Source: an uncultured Verrucomicrobiota bacterium (lineage in GTDB: Bacteria > Verrucomicrobiota > Verrucomicrobiia > Limisphaerales > MWDV01). From it: a stretch of 64,000 nt of DNA. The position numbers were made by a program, and so were the translations under genes. Location: the NCBI GenBank assembly GCA_964548925.1, contig CAZJTM010000005.1, positions 1,689 through 65,688 on the forward strand, given 5' to 3'. The notes below the pieces were generated by a model. It saw only the letters and a list, made by a program, of their open reading frames with translations, had not been told where the DNA came from and searched no databases. Numbering within the stretch: position 1 is the first letter of the stretch; every line of letters starts with the position of its first letter. Shown piece by piece: positions 30,904 to 39,986 of the stretch.

Positions 30904-31426
30904 CCAAGTTGGGTCCAGGCAACCCGCCGCCTCCCTGCCCAAACCGTTTACGAACATGAAATTGTTGAGGGCTGTGGGGCAGAGGTTGCCTGCCGCGATG
31001 CGGGTTCAGTACGAAGCGGCGATGACATTCGCCGTGCCCATCGAGCGCTACGATCATTGGGTATTGAACGTGTAAGGATTTGACCGCCCGGCGTCCGGCT
31101 GTCAGATTCCTACTGCACGCCTAGGGAGCATGGAACTCGCCGAAAGGCCTGGCGCAGCCTACGCTCGGCCCACAGTCGAGTCACTCGCCCGGGACTTGTT
31201 TGCAGATGGGCACGTTTTTGGATTCAGTGCAGCAGGCGATGGAAAAGGTAACCGGCGCATTCGCGGGTCGCAGTCTGCGATCGAGTGCGCGGGTGAACGT
31301 GCGGCCTGACAGCGCTCCCGACCAATCCCATCACATACTACCCTGTGACGGCAGCACACTGCGGCTGACTTTGCCTTGGGCCGCAGCCCATCCACAGCCG
31401 GATCGGGCCAACGATTCCTGTCATCC

Positions 31427-34400
31427 ATGAACCCCACTCCACCCCTGCTCAAGTTCCTTTCCCGCTTTGCCGTCGCCTGCGCGGCGGGTGCGGGCGCGTT
31501 GGCGCTGACGGGGCTGATTCCTTGGTGGCTGAAGCTTTGGCAGCCGTTCACCTTTGGCCCCGGTTTCATTCCCATGGCGCCCACGACCGCGCTCTTCTTG
31601 TTGTTGCTCGTCATCGCTTGCTTTCTGCGGGCGAAGACGGCGGTTTCGCGAACCGGTCGCGCCCTGGAAACCACTTGCCTGCTTGTGGTGCTGGCCGGTG
31701 CCACGCCGCTGGGTCTGCAATCGCTGCTCAGTTTCTCCTGGCCCATTGAGCAGTGGTTGTCACGCACCAGCGAGACGGTGGGCCAGATACCCGTCGGGCG
31801 GATGTCCCCCCTGACGGCTGGCTGTCTCGTCGCTACCGCGCTGGCGCTCTTGTGCGGTCGGGTTCGTGCGGCTCGGTGGCAACCCCTGCGATCGTTGGGC
31901 GGGTGGCTGGCGCTGGCGGTGTTCGCGGTCAGCGGCATTGTCACGATCGGTTATCTGGCCGGAAAGCCCTTCCTCTACGGCGGCTCCACGATTCCCATGG
32001 CGCTGCTGACCGCGATCGTGTTTCTCTTGCTAAGCACCGCCACGATGCTCGGCGCCGGGAGCGACGCCTGGCCGTTGCGCATGTTTCTGCGTCCACACGT
32101 CGTCGAGGACGGTTCTGGTCCCCGGCACACGGTTGAATGGTCGTTGCTGTGGCTTTTTGTGGTCCTGATCGTGGGGATCGCGGTCCTGGGCCTGCAATAC
32201 CTGAACCGCGAGCAGGCGAAAGCCCGGCTGGCGGCGCACGCGCAACTGGAAACCATCGCCGACTTGAAGGTGGGGCAAATCGTGCAATGGCGGAAAGAGC
32301 GCTTGGCGGACGCGAATTTGGTGCGCTACACCCCCTACGCGACCCGACGCGCGCTGGATGTGCTGGCCCAGCCCAATTCCGCCAACACGCGACTCACGTT
32401 CACGAGGTGGCTCGAGCCGTTACTCGCGGGCGGCGCGTATGCACGGGTGCTCTTGCTGGATGCGGACTTGAACGTCCGGCTGGCCCATCCCCCCGGAAGT
32501 TCCGACGCGCTGGCGGACGCCGTGCGCGCCCCAGCGAAACAGGCGCTGCAAACCAAGACCGTAATCATGACGGACCTCCATGGTGCGCCGGCCGACGGCC
32601 ACGCCCACTTGGATCTCCTAATCCCGCTGGTCGTTCGCCGGGAAGCCAGCACGGAAGAAGTGCCCCCGGCAGGCACAACCCCGTCACCCGCTGATCGCAG
32701 CGCGGGCCTGCTCGTCCTGCAAGTCAATGCCCATGACTTTCTGTTCCCGCTGATCCAAGCCTGGCCAGCGTCCACTCGCACCGCCGAAACGTTGCTGGTT
32801 CGCCGCGAGGGGAATGAGGTGCTGTACCTCAACGAACTACGCCACCTCCCGGGCACGGCCCTGAAGTTGCGCCGCCCGATAGACGATCCCCGATTGCCGG
32901 CGGCGATGGGTTTGCGCGGTGAGAAAAGCGTCCAGCAAGGCGTGGATTACCGCGGCGTGCCGGTGGTGGCGACGGCGCGACCCATTCCGGACACGCCCTG
33001 GGTGCTGGTGGCCAAGGTGGACGAGGCGGAGTTGTACGCCCCGTTGCGGCAACAGGCGCTCTTCGTGGTCGCGATCGCGCTGGCGCTCCTGTTGGCGGCG
33101 GCGCTGGGTATCACGGTCCTTTGGCGGCGGCGCAATGAACATTTCCTCCAAGCTCAATTGGCGGCGGAGCGCGAACTGGCGCGAGCGGGCCGCGACTGGC
33201 AGACGACCTTCGATGCCGCCAACGACGCCATCTGGACGCTCGACAGCCAGCACCGGGTCTTACGCTCCAACCGCACTGCGGAACGATTCTTCCACCGCCC
33301 CTGTGGCGAGATGATCGGGCAACCGTGCTGGGCGATTGTTCACGGGACCACGCAGCCGTTGCCGGAGTGTCCGGTGTTGCGCGCCCGGAAAAGTCTTCAG
33401 CGGGAGACGATGGAGTTGCGGCTGGCGGATCGCGTCTTCGAGGTGTGCGTGGATCCGATTCTCGACGACCAGGGCCAGTATGCTGGCGCAGTGCATATCG
33501 TCAGCGACATCACCCAGCGGAAGGCGCACGAGGCGGAAATCGAGCGGCTGAACCGCTTGTATGCCACGCTCAGCCAGGTCAACCAAGCCGTGGTGCGCGT
33601 GAAGTCGCGGGAGGAACTGGCCGCGGAAGTCTCGCGCGTCGCCGTCGCATTCGGCGGCTTCAAGTTGGCCTGGGTCGGGCAGCATCACGCGGAAACGGGC
33701 GCGGTGACGCCGGTGGGCTCTGCGGGTGAGCCACATGCCTTTGTTCACGACCTCCGCCACAGCACGGCGGACGACGCGGGCCACCGCTGCTTCTGCGTTC
33801 CGGTTATTCGGGAAAACCGCCCTTGCGTAGCCAACAATCTGGCGGCGCTCCGGGAGATGCACGATCAAGCGTCGGCGATCATACCGGCAGGCATCCAAGC
33901 CGCCGCCGTGATCCCTATCCGGGTGCGGGGCGCGGTGTGGGGCGTGTTCGGTGTATATTCAGGCGAGCCGGACGTGTTCTTGGAAAAAGAAATCGCGCTG
34001 CTGGAGGAAGCGGCGATGGATGTGGGCTACGCCATTGAACACCTCGATACCGAAGCGCGGCGACAGGCGGCGGAAACGGCGCTCCGGGAAAGCGAGGCGC
34101 AGTTCAAGTGCTTCTTTGAACATTCCAACGTCGGCAAATCCATTACCCGACCTTCCGGGGAAGTGCAGGTCAACCAAGCCTTCGCCGACCTGTTGGGTTA
34201 CTCGCCAGCGGAACTCGAAAACCGAACCTGGCAAGAGGTCACCCACCCGGAGGACGTGGCCTCCACCCAGCAAGTCGTGGACGCGCTCCTGGCCGGGGAG
34301 CGAGATTCGGCCCGGTTCACCAAAAGGTATCTGCACAAGAACGGCTCCGTGGTGTGGGCGGATGTCAGCACCACCCTGCGCCGCGACGCGGCCGAGCAGC

Positions 34401-35569
34401 CGCTTTATTTCATGACCACAGTGATGGACATCACCGCGCGCCAGAAGGCGGAGGCGGCTCAGGCGCGGCTGTTGCACATCCTGGAATCCAGCCTGAACGA
34501 AATCTACGTCTTCAAGGCCGACAACCTGCGCTTCGAGTACGTCAACCTCGGGGCGCTGCGCAATTTGGGCTACACCCTTGAAGCCCTGCGGCAGATGACC
34601 CCGCTGGATTTGAAGCCAGAATTCGACCGCGCGAAGTTCGATCAGATCATCGAGCCCCTGCTACGGCGCGAGAAGCCACTCCAGCTTTTTGAAACCGTGC
34701 ATCGGCGCGCCGATGGCTCGCTCTACCCGGTGGAGGTGCGGCTGCAACTTTTCGAGCACGAAGGCGACCGTGTCTTTCTGGCGGTGATTCAGGACCTCAC
34801 CGAGCGCAAACGACTGGAGCAGGAGCGGCAGGCGATGGAGGCCCAGTTGCGCCAGCAACAGAAACTGGAGTCCATCGGCACGCTGGCCAGCGGCGTGGCC
34901 CACGAGATCAACAATCCCATCACCGGCATCATGAACTACGCCCAGCTCATTCAGGACCGGCTGCCGGCTGACAGCCCCCTAACCGAGTTCACCGGCGAGA
35001 TCATGCACGAGACGCAGCGGGTGGCCGGCATCGTGCGCAACCTGCTGACCTTTGCCCGGAACGAAAAGCAAAGCCACAGCCCGGCGCAAATCGCGGACAT
35101 CGTCGAAGGGACGTTGTCCCTGATCCGCACGGTGATCCGGCACGATCAAATCACCTTGACGGTGAACGTGCCGGAGGACCTGCCGCAGTTGAAGTGCCGC
35201 AGCCAGCAAATCCAGCAGGTGTTGATGAACCTGATGACCAACGCCCGCGACGCGTTGAACGAGCGCTACCCCGGCCACGATCCGGACAAGGTGCTGAAGC
35301 TCGAGGTGAATCTGTTCGAGAAGGAAGGCCGCCGCTGGATTCGCGTGACGGTCGAAGATCACGGCACGGGCATCCCGCCGGAAGTGCGCGAGCGAATGTT
35401 CGATCCCTTTTTCACCACGAAGCCGCGGGACAAGGGCACGGGCTTGGGCCTGGCCATCAGCCACGGTATTGTCAAAGAGCATCATGGCCGGTTGACGGTG
35501 GAAAGCGAGCCGGGCAGATTCACGCGCATGCACTTGGAGCTCCCGGTGGATAATGGGTGGAGTCTATGA
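31427..35569 (+). CDS. Large multi-domain sensor histidine kinase (polytopic N-term, extracytoplasmic sensor region, PAS-GAF-PAS-PAS, HisKA-HATPase)
   Basis: N-terminal TM bundle. A second TM (ALFVVAIALALLLAAALGITVLW) follows a ~260-aa loop. PAS S-box-like segments are present. H-box GVAHEINNPI, N-box LMNLMTNARDA, G-boxes DHGTGI...GTGLGLAI. Confidence 0.85.
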   Translation: MNPTPPLLKFLSRFAVACAAGAGALALTGLIPWWLKLWQPFTFGPGFIPMAPTTALFLLLLVIACFLRAKTAVSRTGRALETTCLLVVLAGATPLGLQSLLSFSWPIEQWLSRTSETVGQIPVGRMSPLTAGCLVATALALLCGRVRAARWQPLRSLGGWLALAVFAVSGIVTIGYLAGKPFLYGGSTIPMALLTAIVFLLLSTATMLGAGSDAWPLRMFLRPHVVEDGSGPRHTVEWSLLWLFVVLIVGIAVLGLQYLNREQAKARLAAHAQLETIADLKVGQIVQWRKERLADANLVRYTPYATRRALDVLAQPNSANTRLTFTRWLEPLLAGGAYARVLLLDADLNVRLAHPPGSSDALADAVRAPAKQALQTKTVIMTDLHGAPADGHAHLDLLIPLVVRREASTEEVPPAGTTPSPADRSAGLLVLQVNAHDFLFPLIQAWPASTRTAETLLVRREGNEVLYLNELRHLPGTALKLRRPIDDPRLPAAMGLRGEKSVQQGVDYRGVPVVATARPIPDTPWVLVAKVDEAELYAPLRQQALFVVAIALALLLAAALGITVLWRRRNEHFLQAQLAAERELARAGRDWQTTFDAANDAIWTLDSQHRVLRSNRTAERFFHRPCGEMIGQPCWAIVHGTTQPLPECPVLRARKSLQRETMELRLADRVFEVCVDPILDDQGQYAGAVHIVSDITQRKAHEAEIERLNRLYATLSQVNQAVVRVKSREELAAEVSRVAVAFGGFKLAWVGQHHAETGAVTPVGSAGEPHAFVHDLRHSTADDAGHRCFCVPVIRENRPCVANNLAALREMHDQASAIIPAGIQAAAVIPIRVRGAVWGVFGVYSGEPDVFLEKEIALLEEAAMDVGYAIEHLDTEARRQAAETALRESEAQFKCFFEHSNVGKSITRPSGEVQVNQAFADLLGYSPAELENRTWQEVTHPEDVASTQQVVDALLAGERDSARFTKRYLHKNGSVVWADVSTTLRRDAAEQPLYFMTTVMDITARQKAEAAQARLLHILESSLNEIYVFKADNLRFEYVNLGALRNLGYTLEALRQMTPLDLKPEFDRAKFDQIIEPLLRREKPLQLFETVHRRADGSLYPVEVRLQLFEHEGDRVFLAVIQDLTERKRLEQERQAMEAQLRQQQKLESIGTLASGVAHEINNPITGIMNYAQLIQDRLPADSPLTEFTGEIMHETQRVAGIVRNLLTFARNEKQSHSPAQIADIVEGTLSLIRTVIRHDQITLTVNVPEDLPQLKCRSQQIQQVLMNLMTNARDALNERYPGHDPDKVLKLEVNLFEKEGRRWIRVTVEDHGTGIPPEVRERMFDPFFTTKPRDKGTGLGLAISHGIVKEHHGRLTVESEPGRFTRMHLELPVDNGWSL

Positions 35570-38500
35570 ACGCCGCCGGAAAGCCTGCCGGCTGCTTGCC
35601 GTCGCTGGGTCTCGTTCTGGCGGTTGCGGGGGCGTATGCGATCACGGCCAAGGTGAGTTTCCTCCTGACGATTTCTCCCGGGAACATCTCGCCGGTTTTT
35701 CCGGCGGCGGGTCTGGCGCTCGCGGCGGCGATCTTGCTGGGGCGCAAGGCTCTGGTCGGCGTCTGGCTGGGCTCGTTCGTCGCCAACACTCTCTCCTTTG
35801 TGGATGGCACGGTTTCGTCCGGGCTGGCACGCCCGCTGGACGTGTTGGTGGGCGCGGTCATCGGCCTTGGCGCCACCGCGGGTGCCGCTTTGGGATGCGA
35901 CTTGGTGCGGCGCTTTTGCCGCAACGAACCTCCGTTGCAGAGTGGCCGGAATGTGTTGATCCTCGTGCTGGTCGGCGCCCTGGGCTGCGCCCTGATCAGT
36001 CCCACCGTGGGCGTGAGCAGTCTGGCGTTGAACGGGAAGGTGCCGTGGGAGCAATTCGGACAAGCCTGGGTCACCTGGTGGGTTGGGGATGCCTCCGGGG
36101 CGCTCGTGGCAGCACCGCTGATCCTTGCGTGGGAACGGCAGCAACCAGTCCCAAAGCGCGCCTGGTGGGGCGCAGAAGCGGTCGCGCTGAGTGCGGTGAC
36201 CCTGGGGATTTGCCTTTTCGTCTTTTTCCGCCGCACTCCTTTCCAGTTCGTGCTGCTGCCGCTGGTCTTGTGGGCGGCGTTTCGCTTTGGCATGCGCGGG
36301 GCCGCCACCAGTGCCGCCGCCATCACGCTCTTCGCGGTGGTTGGCACCAGCCTGGGTACCAGCCCGTTCGTGAGAGCGACCGTTAATGAATCGCTCCTCC
36401 TGCTGAACTCGTTCCTCGCTGTCACCATTTCCTGCGCGCTCTTCCTCGCCGGTTTGTTGGAAGAGCAGGGGCGGGCCGCAACCGTCTTGCGCGAAAGCGA
36501 GGAGCGGTTCCGTCTGATCACGGAGAACCTCACCGACTTGGTGGCCGTGCTGGATGTGGAGGGACGCCGGCTCTACAACAGTCCCTCCTACCGCAATCTT
36601 CTGGGCGACCCCGATCAGTTGCGTGGGTCATCCTCTTTCGAACAAGTTCACCCCGAGGATCGGGAACGGGTGCGAAGTTCTTTTCACAAGACGGTGCGAA
36701 CGGGCGTTGGCGAGCGGTTGGAATACCGCTTGATGGACTTGTCCGGCCGGGTGCGCCACATCGAGTCGCAAGGCAGCGTGATCCGGGACGCGCAGGGACG
36801 AGTGGAGAAGGTGCTCGTCGTCTCCCGCGACATCACCGAACGCCGACAGGCCGAAGAGGCGCGGCGGGAGAGCGAGCAGAAGTATCGCGAACTCGTCGAA
36901 CATGCCAACAGTATCATCCTGCGCTGGAACGCCGAGGGTCACATCACCTTCCTCAACGAATTCGGTCTGCGCTTCTTCGGGTACGCCGCCGAAGAGATTT
37001 TTGGCCGGCATGTTATGGGAACGATCGTGCCGCCGTCGGAGAATGGTGGGCGCGATCTGCGGCAGCTCATGGAGCAGATTTGCGCTAACCCCGCGGCCTT
37101 CGAGCAGAACACCAACGAGAACATGCGTCGCAACGGCGAACGAGTGTGGATTGCCTGGACCAACAAGGTGGTACGCGACGCTCAGGGACAGGTGCTCGAA
37201 ATCCTGAGCGTGGGCACGGATGTCACAGCCCAGCGCCGGGCCGATGAGCAAATCCATCGGCTCAACGAGGAGCTTCAGCGCGACGCGGTGGAATTGGAGC
37301 AGCGGGTCGCCGAGCGCACAGAGGCGCTCCGCGCCCTGTCGCTTCGCCAGCACGCGTTGGCGGAAATCGAACTGGCCATCAACCAGCCCCACGAACTGCG
37401 CGCCGTACTCGACCAGATTGTCGAATGCGTCACGCGCCTCGTGTCTGCCAGCGGCGGCGCCAGCGTGATTCTATGGGATGAAGCGCAGCAACGCTTCGAC
37501 TTGTGCGCCACCACCGTACCGCAACAGTCCGCCCAGGAGGCGGCCCGGCGGGTCCGTCCACGCGGCGGCGCCACCCGTTGGATTCTTGAGCACCGGCAAC
37601 CGTTGCTCGTGCCGGACATCCGCGAGTCCCCGCTGGCCGCCAACCCGATGTTGGAGGACTTCGGGTTGCGGGCGTTTGCCGGCTTCCCGTTGCTCACCGA
37701 CGGCCGGGCGCTCGGGGTGTTGTTCGTGCAGAGCAAAGAACCCCGCGTCTTCACCGCGGAAGAACGCGACTTTTTGGAAGCGATGGCCACACGGGCGGCG
37801 GCGGCCATTTCCAAGGTGCGCACCTACGAGGAACTGGCCGCGGCCAAAGAACGCGCGGAAGCGGCGGATCGGATCAAGTCTGCCTTCCTGGCCACGATGT
37901 CGCACGAATTGCGCACGCCGCTTAATTCGATCATCGGCTTCACGGGCATCCTTTTGCAGAAGCTCGCCGGGCCGCTGAACCCGGAGCAGACGAAGCAGCT
38001 CGAAATGGTGCGCAGCAGCGCCCGCCACTTGCTGGCGCTCATCAACGACGTGCTCGACATTTCCAAAATCGAAGCCGGCCAGCTCACGGTTGCGTGCGAA
38101 CCCTTTGATCTGCCCGCCTCGATCCGCAAGGTCGTCGGACTGGTGAGGCCGTTGGCCGAAAAGAAAGGGCTGGCGCTCCACGTGCAACTCGCGCCGGAGT
38201 TGGGCCGGATCGTCAGCGATTCGCGCCGCGTTGAGCAGATTCTCCTCAACCTGGTCAACAACGCCATCAAGTTCACCGAGCAAGGCGAGGTGAAGCTCAC
38301 GGCTGAAGGCATCCCGGGAACAGAGGCCGATGGTCGCCCCGCATTCCGCATTTCCATCGCCGACACCGGCATCGGCATCAAGCCCGAGGACTTGGCGACG
38401 TTGTTCCAGCCGTTCCGGCAGGTGGATACCGGGCTGACACGACAACACGAAGGCACGGGCTTGGGGCTGGCCATTTGCCGGCGGCTGGCGGACTTGCTGG

Positions 38501-38628
38501 GCGGCGAGATTACCGCCCGCAGCGACTGGGGCAGAGGCAGCGTGTTCACCGTCACCCTGCCCATAGAACCAAAAGGCAAAAAGGAATCTCCCCCAGGGAT
38601 TCAAAGCGTTCAAGGATTGCAGGCATGA
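35557..38628 (+). CDS. MASE1-PAS-PAS-GAF sensor histidine kinase
   Basis: The N-terminal ~300 aa have 8 TM with ISPVFPAAGLALAA...WWVGDASGALVAAPLIL (MASE1-like). H-box MSHELRTPLNSIIGF. NLVNNAIKFT, DTGIGI, GTGLGLAI. It overlaps the upstream kinase by 13 nt. Confidence 0.85.
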   Translation: MESMNAAGKPAGCLPSLGLVLAVAGAYAITAKVSFLLTISPGNISPVFPAAGLALAAAILLGRKALVGVWLGSFVANTLSFVDGTVSSGLARPLDVLVGAVIGLGATAGAALGCDLVRRFCRNEPPLQSGRNVLILVLVGALGCALISPTVGVSSLALNGKVPWEQFGQAWVTWWVGDASGALVAAPLILAWERQQPVPKRAWWGAEAVALSAVTLGICLFVFFRRTPFQFVLLPLVLWAAFRFGMRGAATSAAAITLFAVVGTSLGTSPFVRATVNESLLLLNSFLAVTISCALFLAGLLEEQGRAATVLRESEERFRLITENLTDLVAVLDVEGRRLYNSPSYRNLLGDPDQLRGSSSFEQVHPEDRERVRSSFHKTVRTGVGERLEYRLMDLSGRVRHIESQGSVIRDAQGRVEKVLVVSRDITERRQAEEARRESEQKYRELVEHANSIILRWNAEGHITFLNEFGLRFFGYAAEEIFGRHVMGTIVPPSENGGRDLRQLMEQICANPAAFEQNTNENMRRNGERVWIAWTNKVVRDAQGQVLEILSVGTDVTAQRRADEQIHRLNEELQRDAVELEQRVAERTEALRALSLRQHALAEIELAINQPHELRAVLDQIVECVTRLVSASGGASVILWDEAQQRFDLCATTVPQQSAQEAARRVRPRGGATRWILEHRQPLLVPDIRESPLAANPMLEDFGLRAFAGFPLLTDGRALGVLFVQSKEPRVFTAEERDFLEAMATRAAAAISKVRTYEELAAAKERAEAADRIKSAFLATMSHELRTPLNSIIGFTGILLQKLAGPLNPEQTKQLEMVRSSARHLLALINDVLDISKIEAGQLTVACEPFDLPASIRKVVGLVRPLAEKKGLALHVQLAPELGRIVSDSRRVEQILLNLVNNAIKFTEQGEVKLTAEGIPGTEADGRPAFRISIADTGIGIKPEDLATLFQPFRQVDTGLTRQHEGTGLGLAICRRLADLLGGEITARSDWGRGSVFTVTLPIEPKGKKESPPGIQSVQGLQA

Positions 38629-38666
38629 GTTCTTCATCATCCATGAACGCTCTGCATCCTTGGAGA
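38589..38666. repeat. Family-1 repeat doublet
   Basis: 38589-38618 (tccccagggattcaaagcgttcaaggatt) and 38639-38666 (atccatgaacgctctgcatccttggaga), 20-nt spacer. It overlaps the last codons of the kinase. Confidence 0.7.
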
Positions 38667-38683
38667 GCTATTCTTGGAATTGT

Positions 38684-39496
38684 ATGGCTGAGATAGATGA
38701 TCCGCTGAGTTATGCCGTCATCGGGATGGCGATGGCCGCGCACCGGGAGCTTGGCCCGGGGCTGGACGAGGCATTCTATCACGAACTGCTCGCGCGGAAG
38801 CTGACCGCCGCCGGCATCCCGCATGAAACGAAGCCGCGTGGCAAGCTTCTACACCGAGGAAGAGTCGCGGATGAATTCGAGGCGGACCTCATCGTGGAGG
38901 GAAGGCTGGCAGCAGAGTTGAAGGTGCTTTGGGGCGACTTCGCGCCGGAACATCTGCTGCAACTCATCTGTTACTTGAAGTTCTGGCGGCTTGATGCGGG
39001 TCTGCTGTTCGACTTCGGCAAAGAGAGTCTCGCGCAAAAACGCGTCCCCCGGCTTGACCGCGCGACGGCCTTTGACCCGGCGTCAATGCAGCCGGAGTCC
39101 CCGGTCAGCGGTCCGGAGCGTTCTCTCGTGCGGGAGATCCTGGATTCACTGCACGCGGTCTTGACCGAGTTTGGCTTGGGCTATCGGGATAGCACCTATC
39201 GCGGCCTGCTGTTGGCAGAGTTGCTGCACCGGAAGATTCCGTGTGCGGAGCACCCCACGGTGGCCATTCGATCGGGCGATGTGCTGCTTGGTGAAGCCAA
39301 ACTGCCATGTCTGATTTTGCCCGGGCAGGCGGCACTGCTCATCACTGCCCTCCGCGAAACCCGTCAGGCCGCCGACCGCGCGGTGCTGCAAACCTGTCTT
39401 CGCCACCTCGATCTTACCTGGGGTTTGCTTCTCAACTTCGGCAAAACCCGGCTGGATTGCCAACTTGTAAAACCCCCGATGCGCCGCAGCGGATGA
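38684..39496 (+). CDS. Tandem-duplicated GxxExxY protein (two PD-(D/E)XK-like modules in one ORF)
   Basis: Module 1: YAVIGMAMAAHRELGPGLDEAFYHELL...DLIVEGRLAAELK...GLLFDFG. Module 2: ILDSLHAVLTEFGLGYRDSTYRGLL...LPCLILPGQAALLITAL...GLLLNFG. The start is taken at ATG 38684. Confidence 0.75.
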   Translation: MAEIDDPLSYAVIGMAMAAHRELGPGLDEAFYHELLARKLTAAGIPHETKPRGKLLHRGRVADEFEADLIVEGRLAAELKVLWGDFAPEHLLQLICYLKFWRLDAGLLFDFGKESLAQKRVPRLDRATAFDPASMQPESPVSGPERSLVREILDSLHAVLTEFGLGYRDSTYRGLLLAELLHRKIPCAEHPTVAIRSGDVLLGEAKLPCLILPGQAALLITALRETRQAADRAVLQTCLRHLDLTWGLLLNFGKTRLDCQLVKPPMRRSG

Positions 39497-39503
39497 AATT
39501 GCT

Positions 39504-39596
39504 TCCCATGAATTCAAAGCGTCCACGGATTGAAGGCGAGGAACAGTCCCCGTTACTCCACTTTGCCAGATCCTTGAACGCTTCGAATCCTTGGGA
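39504..39596. repeat. Family-1 repeat doublet
   Basis: 39504-39531 (tcccatgaattcaaagcgtccacggatt) and 39570-39596 (atccttgaacgcttcgaatccttggga). The arms are complementary at 22/27 positions, with a 38-nt spacer. Confidence 0.7.
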
Positions 39597-39614
39597 CCAC
39601 CCTCACCACCTTCC

Positions 39615-39986
39615 ATGAGTGCGAAAATCCTCCTGATCGAAGACAACGAACAGAATTGCTACCTCGCCACGTTTCTGCTGGAGAAGCACGGCCACACGGT
39701 GATTCACACCCCGGATGGCCGGTCGGGCATTGAACTTGCCACCGCCCAGCCCTTCGATCTCATCCTGCTGGACATCCAGTTGCCCGGCATGGATGGCCAC
39801 GCCGTGGCGCGGGCGCTGCGGTCAAACCCCGCCCTCAACCACATCCCGATTGTCGCGGTCACATCCTACGCCATGGCCGGCGACCGCGAGAAGGCGCTTG
39901 CCGCCGGCTGCAATGGCTATCTCGAGAAACCCATTGATCCGGACACCTTCGTCGCCCAAGTTACCTCCTTCTTGTCATCTTTATGA
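39615..39986 (+). CDS. Stand-alone response regulator receiver (CheY-like)
   Basis: MSAKILLIEDNEQN...FDLILLDIQLPGMDG...VAVTSYAMAGDREKALAAGCNGYLEKP. Confidence 0.9.
   Translation: MSAKILLIEDNEQNCYLATFLLEKHGHTVIHTPDGRSGIELATAQPFDLILLDIQLPGMDGHAVARALRSNPALNHIPIVAVTSYAMAGDREKALAAGCNGYLEKPIDPDTFVAQVTSFLSSL

Noticed and set aside
30552-31944. Small ORFs in the long spacer: 30552-30959 (+), 30665-31057 (-) and 31159-31944 (-).
   Set aside because: They overlap each other and are Arg/Pro/Ser/Gly-rich. They are partly translated from repeat units, and 31159-31944 is antisense to the start of the large kinase. No motifs.
39570-39596. A tRNA fragment or att site, because the repeat contains TTCGAATCC (T-loop-like).
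   Set aside because: The flanking bases do not form a T-stem. There is no acceptor stem or CCA context and no integrase nearby. The motif is part of every repeat copy.
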